From the NCBI GenBank assembly GCA_013115125.1, contig JABANN010000119.1, positions 1 to 64,000 on the forward strand: DNA of 64,000 bases, in the 5' to 3' direction. The stretch comes from Perkinsus olseni. Lineage: Eukaryota. Numbering within the stretch: position 1 is the first letter of the stretch; every line of letters starts with the position of its first letter. The notes under the pieces are model-generated. The model was not told the DNA's origin, did no database searches, and saw only the letters and a list, made by a program, of their open reading frames with translations. This document shows positions 12,601 through 27,330 of the stretch, one piece after another. The position numbers and the translations under genes are program-made.

Positions 12601-15600
12601 AGAGATTCTCACATGGCGAAGCTGCTCAAGCATATGCGATGCTTCTTGCAGCTCTATGAACTGTTGTAGCATCGGCAGGACGTCTCTACTCTGGTCCATA
12701 CCAATCGAGAATGGCATCGTCGGCGCCCGAGTGCGGCTGCTACAGGCACTAAGACAACCGCCAACTCCTGAGGAAGAGCACGGTCCAGAAGGCAACAACA
12801 TGGGCATCGAAGCAGCAGCCCCTCTGCTTACTGCCGATCCACATATTGAGGAGCTGATTCCAAACTCGCTGGCTGGTCTGCTCTACATCCAGTAGCATCT
12901 CACTCTTCTTCTTTTGACTGTCCGGGCCCGCTACATTGTCGTATTGGCTATGGGCGAAATAAGCGGAGCGAAGCTTCATTTGCGGGTAGCTCGACCAGTC
13001 ATACTTCCCGACGCTCTCTTGGATCGTCTTCCAGTCCTGTGTTCTTGACGCCATCTCCAACTCTAGCAATGGACGGTCCCCGAATATACAGGACTCCTCT
13101 CCTTTGCCATTAATATTCCACCATGTGAGCTCCTTCGAGCACGACTCCCAAACAGAGCAAGCAGCCTTAACCGTTTCATCGTCTACCCGAGTTTGGCCAG
13201 GGTAATGCTGCTGCTGAGACAGCCAGGACTCTATAAGGCTCTGAGCATCTACCCACCGTCCGTGTAGGGCCAGAGTGTCGGCTTGGACCACCGCGTCTTC
13301 AACTCCCATTGCTCGTCGGGCCCAGACCTTTGTCTCGGCGTCCCCAGTACGGCGGCAAAGGTCCAGTACAGCCCACCAGGATTCCATCGCGGGCATGTCA
13401 TCATTCCCAACTGCCATTTGCCGTAGAGCCTCCGACGCCAGAGACCAGCAGCGGTGATCACAAGCACACTGTATAAGTATGATGGGATCTATTCCCTCGC
13501 AGCCCTCACAACGATTGAGGCCTGCTAGGAGGGTCTGAGGTACGCTTGGACTCAACGCACTCTGACGACCGATTAACGTCACTTCTCGGAGTAGGTACTG
13601 GCAGGCTCGGACCGCTCTGTTCGAGGCTAGCTGAGGGAAGAGCTGAATCCAGAGCTCGTGTGCTACATCCGCTGAGCCACTATAGGTTTCGTGGACTAGC
13701 ATCAGCCTCTCTCGAGGGCCCGATATCTTCTCAAGTGCTTCCTTGATCTCCGACGGCCACATTGCGGTGTCGTTAAGGCTTTGGCTTGTAGACTCCAGTA
13801 GCTCGCACGGGAGGAGCACCAAATCAAGGAGAGCCGGTATGAAGTAGCGATCGCTAACACATTCCCAGTTAAGCCTCGACAAAGCCCATACCAGCCGATC
13901 ATCGATCTTCGACTTAGCCGACCCTGGCATGTAGTTCTCGAAGATACTCTCAATGCAGCGCTTGCGTACATCTAGATCCCAACTAGTGCACCCGATAAGA
14001 AGACTCGACATTGCCATCTCCGCAGCTTCAATCTCGAGGTCCCCTGGACCCACCGTCCGTCTCAAGTACTCGCACAGAGGACATACAAGCTCCGTTACGA
14101 TCAGCCTGTATAAGAGCGATCTGGAGGCTACTGGCCACATGCCTCTGGCACTGGGCTCACCGTTGCGACCGGAAACCAGACCCGTGGTTGCTGGGGTTGG
14201 TAGACCAGCCTGCGGGATGAAGTTATAAAGTCTCTCGGACGTTACTTGATCACATGCCCGCAGGGTCTGCATTCCATCAGCAGCCCGAGCAATCCGCAGG
14301 AGAGAGTCCAAGCCGTCCTCAAGCACAGCTTCTTCTCGGTGAGTTTCCCACAGACCAATGAAGGATCCGGGGTGAGTATCTCGGAGCCACTTGCCAAACT
14401 TGGACAGCCCTCCAGAGCTGGTCTCGTCCGATAGAAGCAACGGATCCTCAGTGATAAAGGCCTCACCCATGATGCAACGCTTGAAGGATTGGAAGCAGAA
14501 GACCAAGAGGGGTACGACAACCAGGGGTTGGAGGACAGCTGGTACGCCGTAAGTTTGCATGGTGGCGCTGTGACTGGCTGATGATGGCAAGATGTGGTAC
14601 GACTGCAGCACGTTCACCACGGACCCGCTCGCTCCTTGAGCATCCTGGGCCAGTGTAACCAGCGGGCTTAATACTTCGAGAGTGAAGACCAGTAGAGCTT
14701 GGAACTCGTGGTGCTCAGGAGTCGGTATTTGTGATGGCATCTGAGGCGATGGCTGCCCCTCTGTAGTAGGGGGGTGACTATCAGCTGTAGTCCCTGGGCG
14801 AGGTAGGCCAAGCAGTACCAGACTGTAGAGGCGAACAGCCCGGGCCAATGCATTGGGGAGGGCTTCGATCTGAGCCAACCAACCACTTCCAGCATATGAG
14901 TGTACCAACTTCGAAGGGTCCACACCCATGTCAAGGTCATCAGGGCTGTCGTCCATCGCCATCGTCCGACCGAGTTGGACCGATAGACGGTCCTTCGCCT
15001 CCTGCAGCAGGAGCTGATGGATAGCCTTCGGTGCAATGACGGTGACCAATTCGAACACCCCTGCCTTGGCGGCCCGCCGGAGACCCTTTCGGAAACACTC
15101 AAGCCAGGCCACTGCAACTTCGGGCTCTACTGATGTTAGGAGGGCCTCGAAAGCCTTTGTCCCAGCAGTAGGAGTTACGCAGTAGCGCTGCGGTGCGGAG
15201 CCAGAGAGGGTCGTAGGATTGTAGGCCGCGACCCCTTTGCTCTTGTGCTTGGCAAGGACAGCTAGTGCGGAGGCGATACCATCAGCGAGCGTCATGTAGA
15301 AGGGAACGATGACCTCTCCATCAACGCTCTGGCCGTCGACAAGCGTGCTCTGATACGCATGCCGGCAGGAGGTCGGACTGCCGCGGGGGTTCCCTGACGT
15401 CTTGCAACGCTCCATCACAGCCTCCGGAGGCAGAGGACAGGGCAGACGCGGTATAATTATCCGCAGTAAAGAGGATAGCTCAGTGGCTATCGACCTCTCT
15501 GTGGTGATGAGAGCCATGCTGAGGCACTGGTGACAGAAGTCGACAAGTTTTGAAGAGTCCTTCGCAGCACCCGGGGCCATCACACTGATGAGCCGGATAG

Positions 15601-18600
15601 AGGTGATGAGTATCCTGTTATAGCGATTGAGCTCCTCACGGAAGCTGAGCCCGGCAGCATTAGTCGGACCACCGTCCAGCGAACCACCGTTGGTCGGGGC
15701 GGTGAATGTCTTCATAATGAGGGACTGGGCGGCAAGTCTAGAAATGGCGGTATCCAAGGTCACACCCCCAACCTTGGAGGGACCAGCATTGATCTCTAGG
15801 AACCTCTGAACGCACGTGTTGGTCAGCTGGCTTGCAGACGCCCCAAGATGGGTAGCTGTACCGAGGAGATGAGGGGCTGATGCCATGGGAGGCATGGCGG
15901 GATTACCACCTGGTTGTGTGGGGTTCTCACATACCGAGCCCAATGGGCAGTCAGGGTAAGCCGAGACAGTGCCGGTCTTACGCTGGGTAGTGACTATGTG
16001 ATCTGGAGAAGCCCTAGCAATATTGTACTCGCTCAAAGGGTCCTCGAATGCTGAGGTCGAATGAGCTGTGGAGACCGCCATGTGGAAGTAGAACTCGGCG
16101 AGGTAGGACAAAGCTGAGTCGTCCCCTACAGTCACATCCGACTTCAACAGCATGCCCAGCAAACAGTCGGCGATGTCAAGAGAGAAGCGACGACAGTTGA
16201 GATCGTGTTCGCTCAGCTTAGTCGGCTCGAACTCCATCGCTGCCCCAAACCGCCACATAGTGCATAGAGCTGGTTGAAGCAGATCGTTGACGAACTCTGC
16301 GAAGTCCTCCTTACACGCTATCACAGCCTTCCATCCCAGTATCGAGGCCGCTGAATCATTGTCATCGCTCATTACCAACTCCAATATACTCTTACGCCAG
16401 TCAGGTGCCGATGGTTTGGAACCAGCCGGAGAGGGATCTGGACTGCCTAGATGCCGAGGCAGGGACCTCAAGAAGCGATCCAGTGGTTGGTTCAATAGTA
16501 GAGGTAGCTGAGCTCGCAGCTTCCCCTTCGACGAGCTGACCGAGTTGACCATGTGGTCGCGGAGGGCGTCGAGGATAGTTCGACACGCCGTCGCCGAATT
16601 CGCTTGCTCGGTGTGATTGAGTAGCTCAACGAGGGCAGTGAAGCTCCATTTGGCCTCACTGACAGCCTTCGAGGTTTGGATAACATTAAGACAAGCGCTG
16701 ATGAGAGACGCTCTCAGCGGTTCGACATTGACAGCCTTCGACTCCACAGGGCCCTCGAGTGACACGAAGGATAGACCTAACCGAATAGCAGCCACCTTCA
16801 ACGACTCCGACTTGACATGGTCTCCCTCGAACAGCTTAGCCGTAACCTCATCCAGATCAAGGGCTTCGAGGACATCAACGGTGATGAGCGGCAGAAGACA
16901 GTCCAGGAGCGTGAGAGTGAAGGCAACCCGAGTATTATCATCCACGAAGCACTCCAACCATGCATTTACTAGCGTGACCCTCTCCTCCAGCGACCACCTA
17001 GCCGGATCACACAGACCCGAGCCAGCAGGGCTCGTGTCCCACACCTTGCTCTCTACGCTAAGCAAGCTGCATAGCTGCAGTAGCACTTCGACCCTCATCG
17101 CATCACCCGTTGGCACCTTTGACGAGCGTAGGAACGCCACATAGCAGGCGGCCAGATCGCTCGTTACAGTGGTGTTAATCAACGTAGACGCGAAGGGTAT
17201 ATGAGCCGTCTGTTTGGATCTGGCATCGCCAATCTTGCCAAGGCTCACCAAGATCTTCATCAAGGAGGGGCCGTCGCCGAGGGCATAGCTAGTGATCAGG
17301 AAGTCGTCGTCAGCTGCACTCACGCCTGCCGCCAGCTTCACTGCTGATGTGGCTACGCTCAACTGCAGGGGTGTGAGCGCCTCAACAGTACTGCAGTCCT
17401 CAGGGATACCAACGGCCTTGAATGCTGATGTAATTGCAGCAGGCACGCATTGCTCCAGACTGTCGATCAGCGACCTCCACCTCGAGGGCTTAGCATATGC
17501 CTTGGCCAGCAACGCCTCCACGTAGGAGATAAGAGCGCTCGTGCTGCTGCTCAGTGGCCTATCCGCCGGCGAATCAGACGGCGTCTGTTTAGGACTTGGC
17601 GTTTGAGACTGCGACGAGAGGATGATCCTGACGATATACCGGGAGGCAGGATCGGCCCAGTCATTGAGAACGTCCAGCAGCACCTCGCTGAGGGGGTCGA
17701 ATAACAGGGACTCTTGATTGGTCATATGCGGTAGTCCGCTGTTGAGCAGTCTTATGACCACGGGAAGAATCTTGGTCATAGTCGAGGTGACCTCAACCTC
17801 ATCCTCGGGCTTCACCACAGCTGACAGAGCTCGGAGGAGGACAGCGCACTCCACCAGATCAGCTCGGCACAAACCACTCTGACACGCCAATGATGTACCC
17901 CCAGCCGCAGTGTTCGCCGCGGCTTCAAGAGAAGACGGCCCTCGGAACAGCCAGGTGCCTCCACCCGGCGCTGCGGGAGCATCAGAGCCCAGGCTTCCTC
18001 CGACCGTTCGAGTCAGTGAACCACATATCACATCAAGACGGCCTACCAAAGAGTCGCGCGCCCAGGAGGATACCTGATTGCCCGTGTCCTTATTGCTCAT
18101 GACCACCGCAATGACACGGCAGAACTGCTTCGTGACCATCGCCAAATTTTTCCACCGCCACTGAATCTGGACCTTAAGCATGTCGAGAAGCGACCGGAGC
18201 AGCGGGTTCAAGACCGATCTCGAGAGAGACGCTGAGAGGGAGATGGACGCTCTTTCTGAGACCACTTGCAAGGCGTAGAAGGCAGCATCAATAACCGGAG
18301 GATTCGGCTGCTCAATGACAAGTAACCTGCGTAGCATCCACATGGTGATCCATTCCCTCAGACAACATCGGTGAGGTCTCCCTTGGGGCTTAGGCAAAGT
18401 GTCTGCAGCAACCGTCGGCGCAGCTGTTTGTAAGGAGGCGTCCAGCGAGCATAGTCCCGACTGCCCAACGAGGCCTTTGAGAGCAGGGTTGATGAGCAGC
18501 AGCTTGGCAGCGCGGATGGCAAGCACCATGACGTGGGTCTGCTCGAGGTCATCGAACACCGGAGATACACGCGCCTTAGCTTCCATCGCCTTCTCCAGCT

Positions 18601-21600
18601 GAAGGGGCGCCGCGGGCAAGTTAGCATCATCAAGCCTTCGGAGAATGTCCAAGAAATCGCCCGGAATCCATTTCGTTAAGACTTTAGCGAAAGGGGGATT
18701 CTGGCAAGCAAGTACAGTACAAAGTCCCTGTAAGATTCTCTGATCATCACCTTGCGACTTGCCAGGGTCGCCAGCGGTGAAGATCCCAGAAAGGCTATCA
18801 CTGGTGGAGAGGACGTCAGAGAGCTCCTGCCCAACTTTGCCTGCATACTTGGCAAGTGCAGCCTCGGCAAGAGGGTCCTCAGTGCACGGGTTGAGCAGAG
18901 ATGAGACCATAACCTCTACTAATGCCGGTGACTCCTCATCAACCCGATGTAGACAGGCATCGACCATACTCTCACTCAGCTTGCGTGCATCGAGCCACTC
19001 TGTGCTCCCTCCAGTTCCACGCACTGCATTGGCGTTCAGATCAAAGGCGGCTTCCATGGCCTTGACAACGAAGTCCTCAGTGACACCCTCGCTATCTTCA
19101 TGCAAAGCCTCCAATACTATCCTTCCCGCGCTGCACTTCCTCGAACAGGCCATAGAGCTCACGACACGATCAAGAGCCATGTCCAAGACCATCGCCTTGG
19201 TAACGGCATTATGGTCAGTCATGGACCTGATGCACCCCAAGATGGTATCCGATATCCTGCTAAAGGCAGGGTGATTGTCAGCCAAGTCTAGCAGAGAAGA
19301 GATAAGTTGTTTCGCTTGAGGAACTCCACGGCCAGTGATCGTTGTTATCGCCGTACGTAAGCACACTTCAGCAGAGTTAGCAACATCCTCAGGAAGAGAA
19401 CAGATCTTGCAGACGACGACGCTCAAGACCAAGCCCTCTATGCAGCGCTTCAATTGCCAGTTGCTTATCGGAGCGGCACCTTCCTCGCCGTAGAGGTCCG
19501 AGTTCGCGGCCATCGTCTGGCATAGGAAAACGGCCAAAGTGAGCTTGCGTTTGGGAGGGGGAGCGGGGTCTTCATAAATTGTAGTCAGCGGTGTGCCATC
19601 ACTCCTCATCCACTTCTTCACCTGCACTGCATGGGCTCGCAGTAGACCAATTGCTACCTCCGAGGCAGCTTCCATCGGCATCGAGACCTCAGACGCTCCG
19701 TCATGGCCTTGCCCAGTCTTGATGGTAAAGTAAAGCTGAAGTTGCTCCTCGCCTCCGCCCACCTCACCGAGGGAGGGCTGCGGACGCATCTCACAGGTGA
19801 CACCATCCGCCAGCAAAAGAACGTGCGAGCGGGTACCAAGCTTCCCAAACGCCTTGAAGGCCCTTATCGCCATTGCCTGGGAGTGGTGCTGAGTATGGAC
19901 CACCTCTCCACAGGGTGGCATCGTAAGCTTCATCAGCGCTGAGAGTACAGAACTCGGAGAAGTACCTCCGATGCCCCGCCACGAGCTAGTCGAGGCGTTC
20001 CCCTCCGCGATGAATGCCGGGTGAGATATATCGTGATGGAGCTCAAGACAATGGTCCAAGAACGTCAATGCCTGGACAGTGAGCTCTGGGCCGTGCGGGG
20101 ACTTGGTCGAGTCCGTCACATCAAACCGACTATAATCATGCTCAAGTGCCTTCGTCAAAATAGGGACAAGCTTGTTGAGCCTTGCTGCGAGATGGGAGTT
20201 GAAATCAACGGGTATCGATAGGGCGATCTCCAGCAGGCCGGAGCGACACCATTCAGGCAGAGAGTTCTCAGGAACAGCCGTGAGCTGCGTGACGTAGTCT
20301 ATGATAGGGTCAACAAGTTCCTGCAGTTCCGGTATGTCGTAGAGGTTACCCCCTTTAGTGATGGCCCGGAACGCAGTCTTGACGATCCCAACCACATTGT
20401 TGGGCTCGCCGGCCAGAGTTGACTGAGCCAATTGGAGGCACTCAGTGACGATATCGATTATTTGCGAGGACATGGTCGGCCCTCCACTGACCGAGAAGTG
20501 CGCCACGCACTTCATAACCCACTTGTAGAGTCGTAGAAGGACACTGCCGCTGTCGAAGGTGAAGCAGGCATTGGGCATACCGTCACAGTTCTCCCTCAAA
20601 CCATAGAACTTCACGCATTGGATGTAGGGGTCGTTAGGATCGTTACCTGCCTGGTACGCCAACTCACAGGGCTGGGCGAGGACATCGCCCCCGAGAAGCT
20701 TCCCAAAGGGATCACGGAAGGCCTCGAAGCGGTCCAGCCTCGCCTGCCCAACAGAATCCTGTTGGGCCTCTTCTTTACCGGACTGGCCGTCGAGGACTTT
20801 GTCCACAACTTGGTACCGAGGGTTAAACCATTCCCGAGGTATACCACGGTCCATCGCCTCGGGCTCCTTCTCGTTGAAGGCGAAGATCTCCTCCATGCGA
20901 TGCACGGACAAGGCCACGAGAACTTCCGTAAAAGCAGGGCTAGTGTAAGACTGGGACATGAACTGCTGAGTGAGGACTAAGGCGATGTTGTTGACAGAGA
21001 CGACCCGCAGGAGCCAGCTGAAGCGGTAGGCGAACAAGTCGGTGAAGGAGGCCTTGCTGAGGTGCTGGAAGACGCCACCAAAAGCATCCAGTAGGGCCTG
21101 CTCCTCAGCGTTGCTGCTCTGGACCATCATCCCGAACATCCCTTCAGCCGTGAATGCCTTTTGATCACCCATCTTCAGTAGACTATCCGCCCCCGGCTTC
21201 CTAGCATGCAGACTCATAGACGTCGCCAAGTGCTGCAGTGACGTCGCTGTCGCCACCAGATGGCACAACTTCATACCCCCAACGAGGTACCTGTCGAGCA
21301 TGTCCAGGCACTCTCTGGACCGTGCTACACTAGGAGGGCACTTGTTGGCCATGGACCATTGGATGGGCTTCGACAGACTGATAAGAGCTCTCGCCAGCTC
21401 CCTCAGCTGCCCCACTCCAGTGACTATCGTCGCCAGGGGAATCACAGGCAGTGGACCAGTAGTACCACACCTCACATTCAACGCGACAGCGATCTCCGTA
21501 CTCCCAGCTGCACAAGCTGCCCAGTCGCATTGGGGAGCCATTAGCCTTGCTACCTTCGAGATAGCCCAGGCGCTGTTGACTGTGTGCCGAGCTCTATCAG

Positions 21601-23419
21601 CCCACCGTAGCAGCACTGGAGGAACTTGAGACTTCTTCTCAACATCTTCGTCGTCCACGAGATAAATACCTTCACCAGCCAAGACAATAGCATCGATCAG
21701 TCGATCGATTTCACCTGTGAGCCTCTCAAAACTCACTGTGACTGTTGCGAACAGTTTCAGCAGTATACCGTTGAATGCTGCACTTGAAGGGGACTGTGGC
21801 GTCTTACCCCGTCGATCGGGCATAGAGGCAGAACCTGGCGGCGTCCCTGGCTGTGGCCCACTCGGCTGCTCTGGCTGCTGTCCCTTAAGCTCATCGATAG
21901 GCTTATTAATAGTCTGATCGGCGAGGCTGAGCAGCAAACTTACCGATGCCGTCCGACTGGCGAAGGACCGAGTGTCGTCCAGGAGGTAGCCACAGAACAG
22001 ATTCACAGCCTTCGCCGTTTGCTGCATCGACAGCTTTGAGCGAAGAATCAGGAGCACATCAGACTGGATCGATAAGACCATAGCCCGTAGGTAGTCTCTA
22101 GCGGACAAGTCGATATCCTGGTGGACTCCACTCGAAGCTCCCGTCATCAACTGCTCGTCCAGTATCCCCTCCAACTTCTCTTCGAGCTCGGTTGCGCACT
22201 GCTGTCCCTCGAGTACCAGGAACCTCTTGAAGAGGCCCAACAGATCCCATCGGTAGCTCAAAGCATCGGTCATACCACGAGGGCCCTCCGGTCTGGACAG
22301 GAGGAAGGCAAAGCTGCCAACAAGCCTGCCAGGGCACCCAGGGAAGTCGCAGTGCATCCAACTCCTGGCAGCGGACGCCTCAGCCGACTTCGCAGTTGCA
22401 GCAGCCGTCCTCTCGTTATTCGCCACGATAAAGGAAGCTGCTCTGTAATGGGCAAGGGCCAGTATATCACTAGCTGCTTTCACACACTCCAGAGTCGATC
22501 CGCTGAGCATCCTCGCCAAGTCCACCCTACCAAAGTTAAGCACACTCGATAGGGCCTCAGCACACTTCTTTGCAGATTGCTTCATATTAGTGGGGTCCTC
22601 GGCAATGCCGTTGGCGATGTCGAAGATAACCTCGATTATCGGCACCACCTGGGATATCAGGTCCAATGCGTCGAAGAGGACCCTCCCTGAGACCTGCTGC
22701 CCCTGTGCCAGTGCAGGGACAGTCGCCAAAACAGTCGTCAGATGGCCAATAAGCATACTCAGCTGCTCCATAGGGACACCGATCGGGAGCCCTGTAGATG
22801 ATGATGCTTGCCGGTTGAGCAGGGCAGTGAGTATCGTCGCCTGACCCTGAACCGCCATCGCCCCGATGCCTCTATAGGAACGAAGGCCTTCTTCAGGCAA
22901 GCGACCATTGGAGCCGCTATAAGCCGACCTCGTGATCTCCCCCACCGACAGCGCGATGGTCTCCGAGAAGGTCTTGAACAAGGCCGTCAGAACGTCCAAC
23001 TGCTCCTTGCCCTCAACTCGATACAGCACCGTCATGCTCGCTTGAAGGCTCTGCCTCCTAGTCTCTATAGGTGACACCAACTTCCCCTGATTGGACCGAT
23101 CCACGTACTCTCTCAATAGAGGTACTGTGTGATTATAGAAAGCCGATTTCTGCTCCTCAGTGAGGAGGCCGTTGTCTGCACCATACATGTTTGAAATTGA
23201 AATGACACGTTCCCCAATACTCTTTTCCAACCCCTCTACAGTACTCTTCTCACTCGTCAGCCCACCAGTCAATAGGGCGGTCTCACTCCGAGCACGAGCG
23301 CTGTTCAGCTCCACCATGAGAGACCGCAGTTTGCTGGTCTCCTGCGCCAGACCGCTCTTATACTGCTCATCCACCGCCGACGAGGATGATGACGGTGATG
23401 CACTCGGTGACGGTAACAT
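9662..23419 (-). CDS. TRRAP: TRRAP/Tra1-like PIKK-family pseudokinase (>4000 aa; HEAT solenoid, FAT, PI3K-like, FATC)
   Basis: 3558-aa helical ORF (first ATG 23419) continued by exons with FAT-like WRNRVPSRAEPMSVWGEIFTWRQ, LAAEYPQRVYY, RQITLIGSNGRRYY, kinase-like PIPFRFTRGL, and a C-terminal FATC ending DWLPWL*. The W-x-PWL end is characteristic of TRRAP/Tra1. Confidence 0.85.
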
Positions 23420-23699
23420 ATTCAAAAGATGGCCTTGGGACTTGTGAATGTCTACCCCAAGGCCTCAACGTCTAAATGCCATCATCAGGTCCCCAGAGCC
23501 CCCCATCAGTCAACAATCAGCTGATCTGCACGGAAACACTCATAGCCGTACTCATGGCCCGATATCACTTATACGTCGTCTGACGTCTGAAGTAGCGGCT
23601 TCTATAAATTGTCTTGTTATTGTGTTTAACAGACATGTAGACCTGCCCCTTCTTCGCCCTCGCCCAATAGAACACTTGCATGGGCACAGTCTTAACTCT

Positions 23700-25384
23700 C
23701 CAGTCAGCCTTCATCAAGTCCCGCCTCGTCTCCTGTCAGCGAGCCAACAGTCCAAGCCCCACATGGACACCAGCTCCACTCACGTTCCGTCCCAGTCTAG
23801 TGTAGTACAACTCCGCTGGCTGAGCAACCAAGCCTCCAACCTCCTCGACGCTATTACCGCTCATTCTAGCTGTCACGCCACTGAGGAACCCCAACTCGCT
23901 GGAGAACTCCGAGCCGGTCGAGCGGGCACGCTCGAAGTAGCCAGGGGCGCCTGAACAAACTGGTGCCACCTGCCGACAACAGCAATCTACGGGCAGCCGC
24001 CCCGAGGCCGAAGCTCCCACGGCGACAACTTTTGTTGACGAATCAGCATACAGCGGAGAAGCCTTCTTCGAGGTAGCAGTGCTACCATCTCTCAGGGAAA
24101 CTGGACGCGATGGAAGCTCCGAAAATGGTCAGAAGGAGTGCCAACCTTCGTAAGAAAGTCGCAGGCTACGAGAGCTGCCATATGCCAGAACAATAGCGTG
24201 GACAGAGACGGACGTACAAAGGGATTCGACTTACATAGATGCTCGGCCTTGACACAGAGCTCATGACTATCAGGGTCAACTGCGAACTCGACGGGCTCAG
24301 GGGTGGTATGCTGTATACTCTTGAGCACTCTCAACTCCGAGGATACCAAAAACAACGACCCTGAAGGCGACCCCACATTAAACAAGCTCAGAAGAACAAT
24401 TGAGTCTGTGAGCTCGGCAGGAGGTCTGCAATGGCGGATGGAGGAGGGCGGCAACTACTCTGAGGCAAGCCGACACAAGCGAATCCACGATGCTCATACC
24501 GTCGACTCTAATGCCTTTTACAAATCCGCCAATCCAGACAATCGTCGCCGGCTCCCAATAATACCCGTTTCGCCCAACCGCGCCCGCCAAGTAATGGCAG
24601 GTCCTTTCCCCCGAGCAGCCTCCTGCCATTTCGTCTTCATCTCCTCAACCATGCTTTTCACTACACTGCTGTGGCGCCAGGGTAGATCACACACTACCAT
24701 CCTCAAGTCTTGCAGCAGCTCCTCTCGATAGAGCGGATCCATTCGTACCATAACTTCCGTAACCTCCTTTAATTTACCACAGTCCCCAACAATAACAGTT
24801 GCTTTGGACTCCCGCGCTGCTACCACGATATCCTCAGGGCTTTCTGCACTGAAATTCACCATGCCAGCGCCCGCTCGTTGAGCAGCCTGTAGATCCTCAA
24901 AGTCTGCACCAGCATCTCCGCTGCCGCAAACGAGCACGCAGTCTCTTTCGTTCAAGTCCAACAGAGCCACTGTGTTCCTTGCTCGGCTGTCCAGTTGGTG
25001 TCCCTCCAACGGACACTGTTTGCCAATATGATAGTAGCTTATAGACGGCAGATGAACTGGGCCGTGGTTGGGTAAATGATCAGAGCTCTCCACAGCCGGC
25101 ACCGACGAGATCAAACGATCCATCGGAAGCAAAGCCGCACCAAGGCTCCTGCAGAATTCTACCGTCTCCTTATTTGCTGTGTCGACGAGAATGGACCGCG
25201 TCCTGCTATCGGCTGCCATTTGCCTGAGAAAAATTCCATCACCAATGAACAGCTTCCCTCTCATTCTTTGGCCGGCGGGGTCAGCCTGGCGCCCTCCCAA
25301 CGTTGCTTCACAATTAACCCGAACGACAGCCGTCTCACTAATTGCATATTTCGTTCTAATTCCACCGAGAGATTTCACCAGCAT
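23700..25384 (-). CDS. Hypothetical protein, weak resemblance to AMP-binding (ANL) enzymes; spliced, boundaries approximate
   Basis: 288-aa ORF plus downstream exons. NTVALLDLNERDCVLV, AARESKATVIVG, LQDLRMVVC and ELCVK occur in ANL-like order, but no clear P-loop (YTSGTTG) is seen. Confidence 0.3.
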
Positions 25385-25470
25385 ACCGAGAGATCTTCAG
25401 GACACTGGAGAGCACCGCAGCTGACCTCTTTGCTACCTTGCACTCTCGCTATCACTGTATGGCAGCGGTA

Positions 25471-26130
25471 CTACTGTACACTCCCGACCCCATAGGGCCC
25501 AGCGTGCGGTAATGGAGGATTCACAGGCACCTGGCAAATCTGGGTAATGGTTGTGGACTTCACAGTGAGTTTACCAGGTGGAAGCCAGAGCCCTACTCGG
25601 GTCTTCTTGATGCTCCGCAATGCTGCATGGAGAGTGCCGGCCGCGGAGCTGGACCGTTCGAAGGACCGACGAAGCATCGACAAACTCAACTCGCCGTCCC
25701 AAGCATAAAGCGCGAAAAAGAAAGCCAAAATGTCATAACTGGGGATCGAACCCAGGACCTCAGACAGATCCCGTATCAAAGATTCCAACAGGTTCTTCGG
25801 TGTTATAGTTGTGAGTGAGGAAAGGGTGATGGCTCTACATAGAAGAAAAGAAACTGCTAGAAGCTCCTCAGCCGCTGAGCCCGCTCCACGATCTCCCTCA
25901 GAGTACCTACACATCACCAACGGATAAGACCAATGACGCATTATGAACAGCAGCAGGTTCGTCCGGGAGGTTGTTACATTCGTCGATCTCCTCGGGCGTG
26001 TCAGTGGCATCCCTCATGCCCAAGTTGTTGTGCTTACGGAACTGGTACAGTACAACCCCTCCGACGCCTATCAGTGCGAAGAGGATCTGATGCAGATGGA
26101 ACCTTCGTGATTTTCCTTCAAGTCCCCATG
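25471..26130 (-). CDS. Hypothetical helical protein exon(s), possibly the 5' part of the preceding gene
   Basis: 179-aa ORF with amphipathic helical composition. Confidence 0.3.
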
Positions 26131-26749
26131 TAGCGCTGATCCTCCCTATTACGAGTAGCGCGCGCCATGTGCGCTGAGCGCAACTCTAGCCGTTTCGTTG
26201 TGCCGAGATGAAACGGCTGGCTGCAGCCCTTCCCAACTAGTTCTATGAGTATTGCTGTGAGTCTGTGAGAGTCGGTAGAGAGTGTTATCATTGATCCCTA
26301 TTGTTGCAGTGTATTTCCCCATACTTTCCAATAGCCAACTCCGGCTCCTATCCCATCTACTAACGTATTTGGTTGCTGAGTCTCGAGATCTATTCGGAGT
26401 GTTACGTTATTGAGTCTACAGGATGGTTAACCCCGGTGACTTCACTACTCCAGCGGCTCAAGCTGGTGGCGTGAGCGACACACCCACCCGGTCTACTTTG
26501 GATACAGCCGCGGCCCACCATCCTTGGTCCGATCTATGCCGGGGCTGCCTGTACGGCTCTTGAACCGACAAGTCGGCGAGTATCACTCTGGGAAGAGAGG
26601 CAACCATCATTCTTTAGGCTTTGCGCAAACAGTGTACCTTTTTTCCTCGGTGATGAAGCCAATTGTAGCATCCAGGATGCCCGCCGGAGCCTCTGGTGCC
26701 CAACCTACCAGTGAGCTCGTGGGAAGCCACATGAGGAGTTAATCGAGAT

Positions 26750-27330
26750 TAAACCGCCAAGAGACTCCACACTGTGATCGTTGTGAAATGGTAAGGGCGT
26801 ACACCAACATTGGAAGGGAGGCACTGCTTACTCGAATGCTGCTCAACGTGGGCCGTACGTTGAAGCCACTGGCGCGGATGGTAAACGAAGTAGTCCATGA
26901 ATGCCAATGGTGTGCCGTTAGCGAGGTCAACACGATATCCGATGGCCGTAGGGTAATTGCCTGTCTCCAGCTCAGCAAGGTTTACCAAGTATCTGGGGTG
27001 CCGTCTCAACTCGGATACCGGAGCCAGATAACAAGGGTCTTTAACCCTACAGAGAGTTCTTGACACGTATGCTCGAATGAGGTTTATGATCTGCGAAGGG
27101 CCGTCGAACCTATAGTGTCGTTACGCCTCACAGTCTCCGGTCGCCATCAACTGACCGGTCCTATGAGTGCCAAGCTGCCGCTCACAAACACTCGGTTGAC
27201 GTAGTCATCGGAAGGCACAGGAATCCGAGGCATTTTGTAGAGGAGGTCGCAGATCTTGCTTGTGTGTCGATGAGCCCTGTTTTGAGTAGCATACACCCAC
27301 ACCTGGCATTCAAACGGCAACGCCTAGCCT
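26750..27330 (+). mobile_element. Degenerate LTR-retrotransposon integrase-like remnant
   Basis: GREALLTRM...LARMVNEVVHECQWC resembles the integrase HHCC zinc region; frameshifted fragments VLDTYARM and WHSNGNA* resemble core motifs D-x-F-S-R and P-x-S-N-G; broken by stops and frameshifts. Confidence 0.35.

Noticed and set aside
13249-23447. Many antisense and alternate-frame ORFs within the TRRAP-like gene
   Set aside because: Expected shadow ORFs of a long, GC-rich coding sequence.
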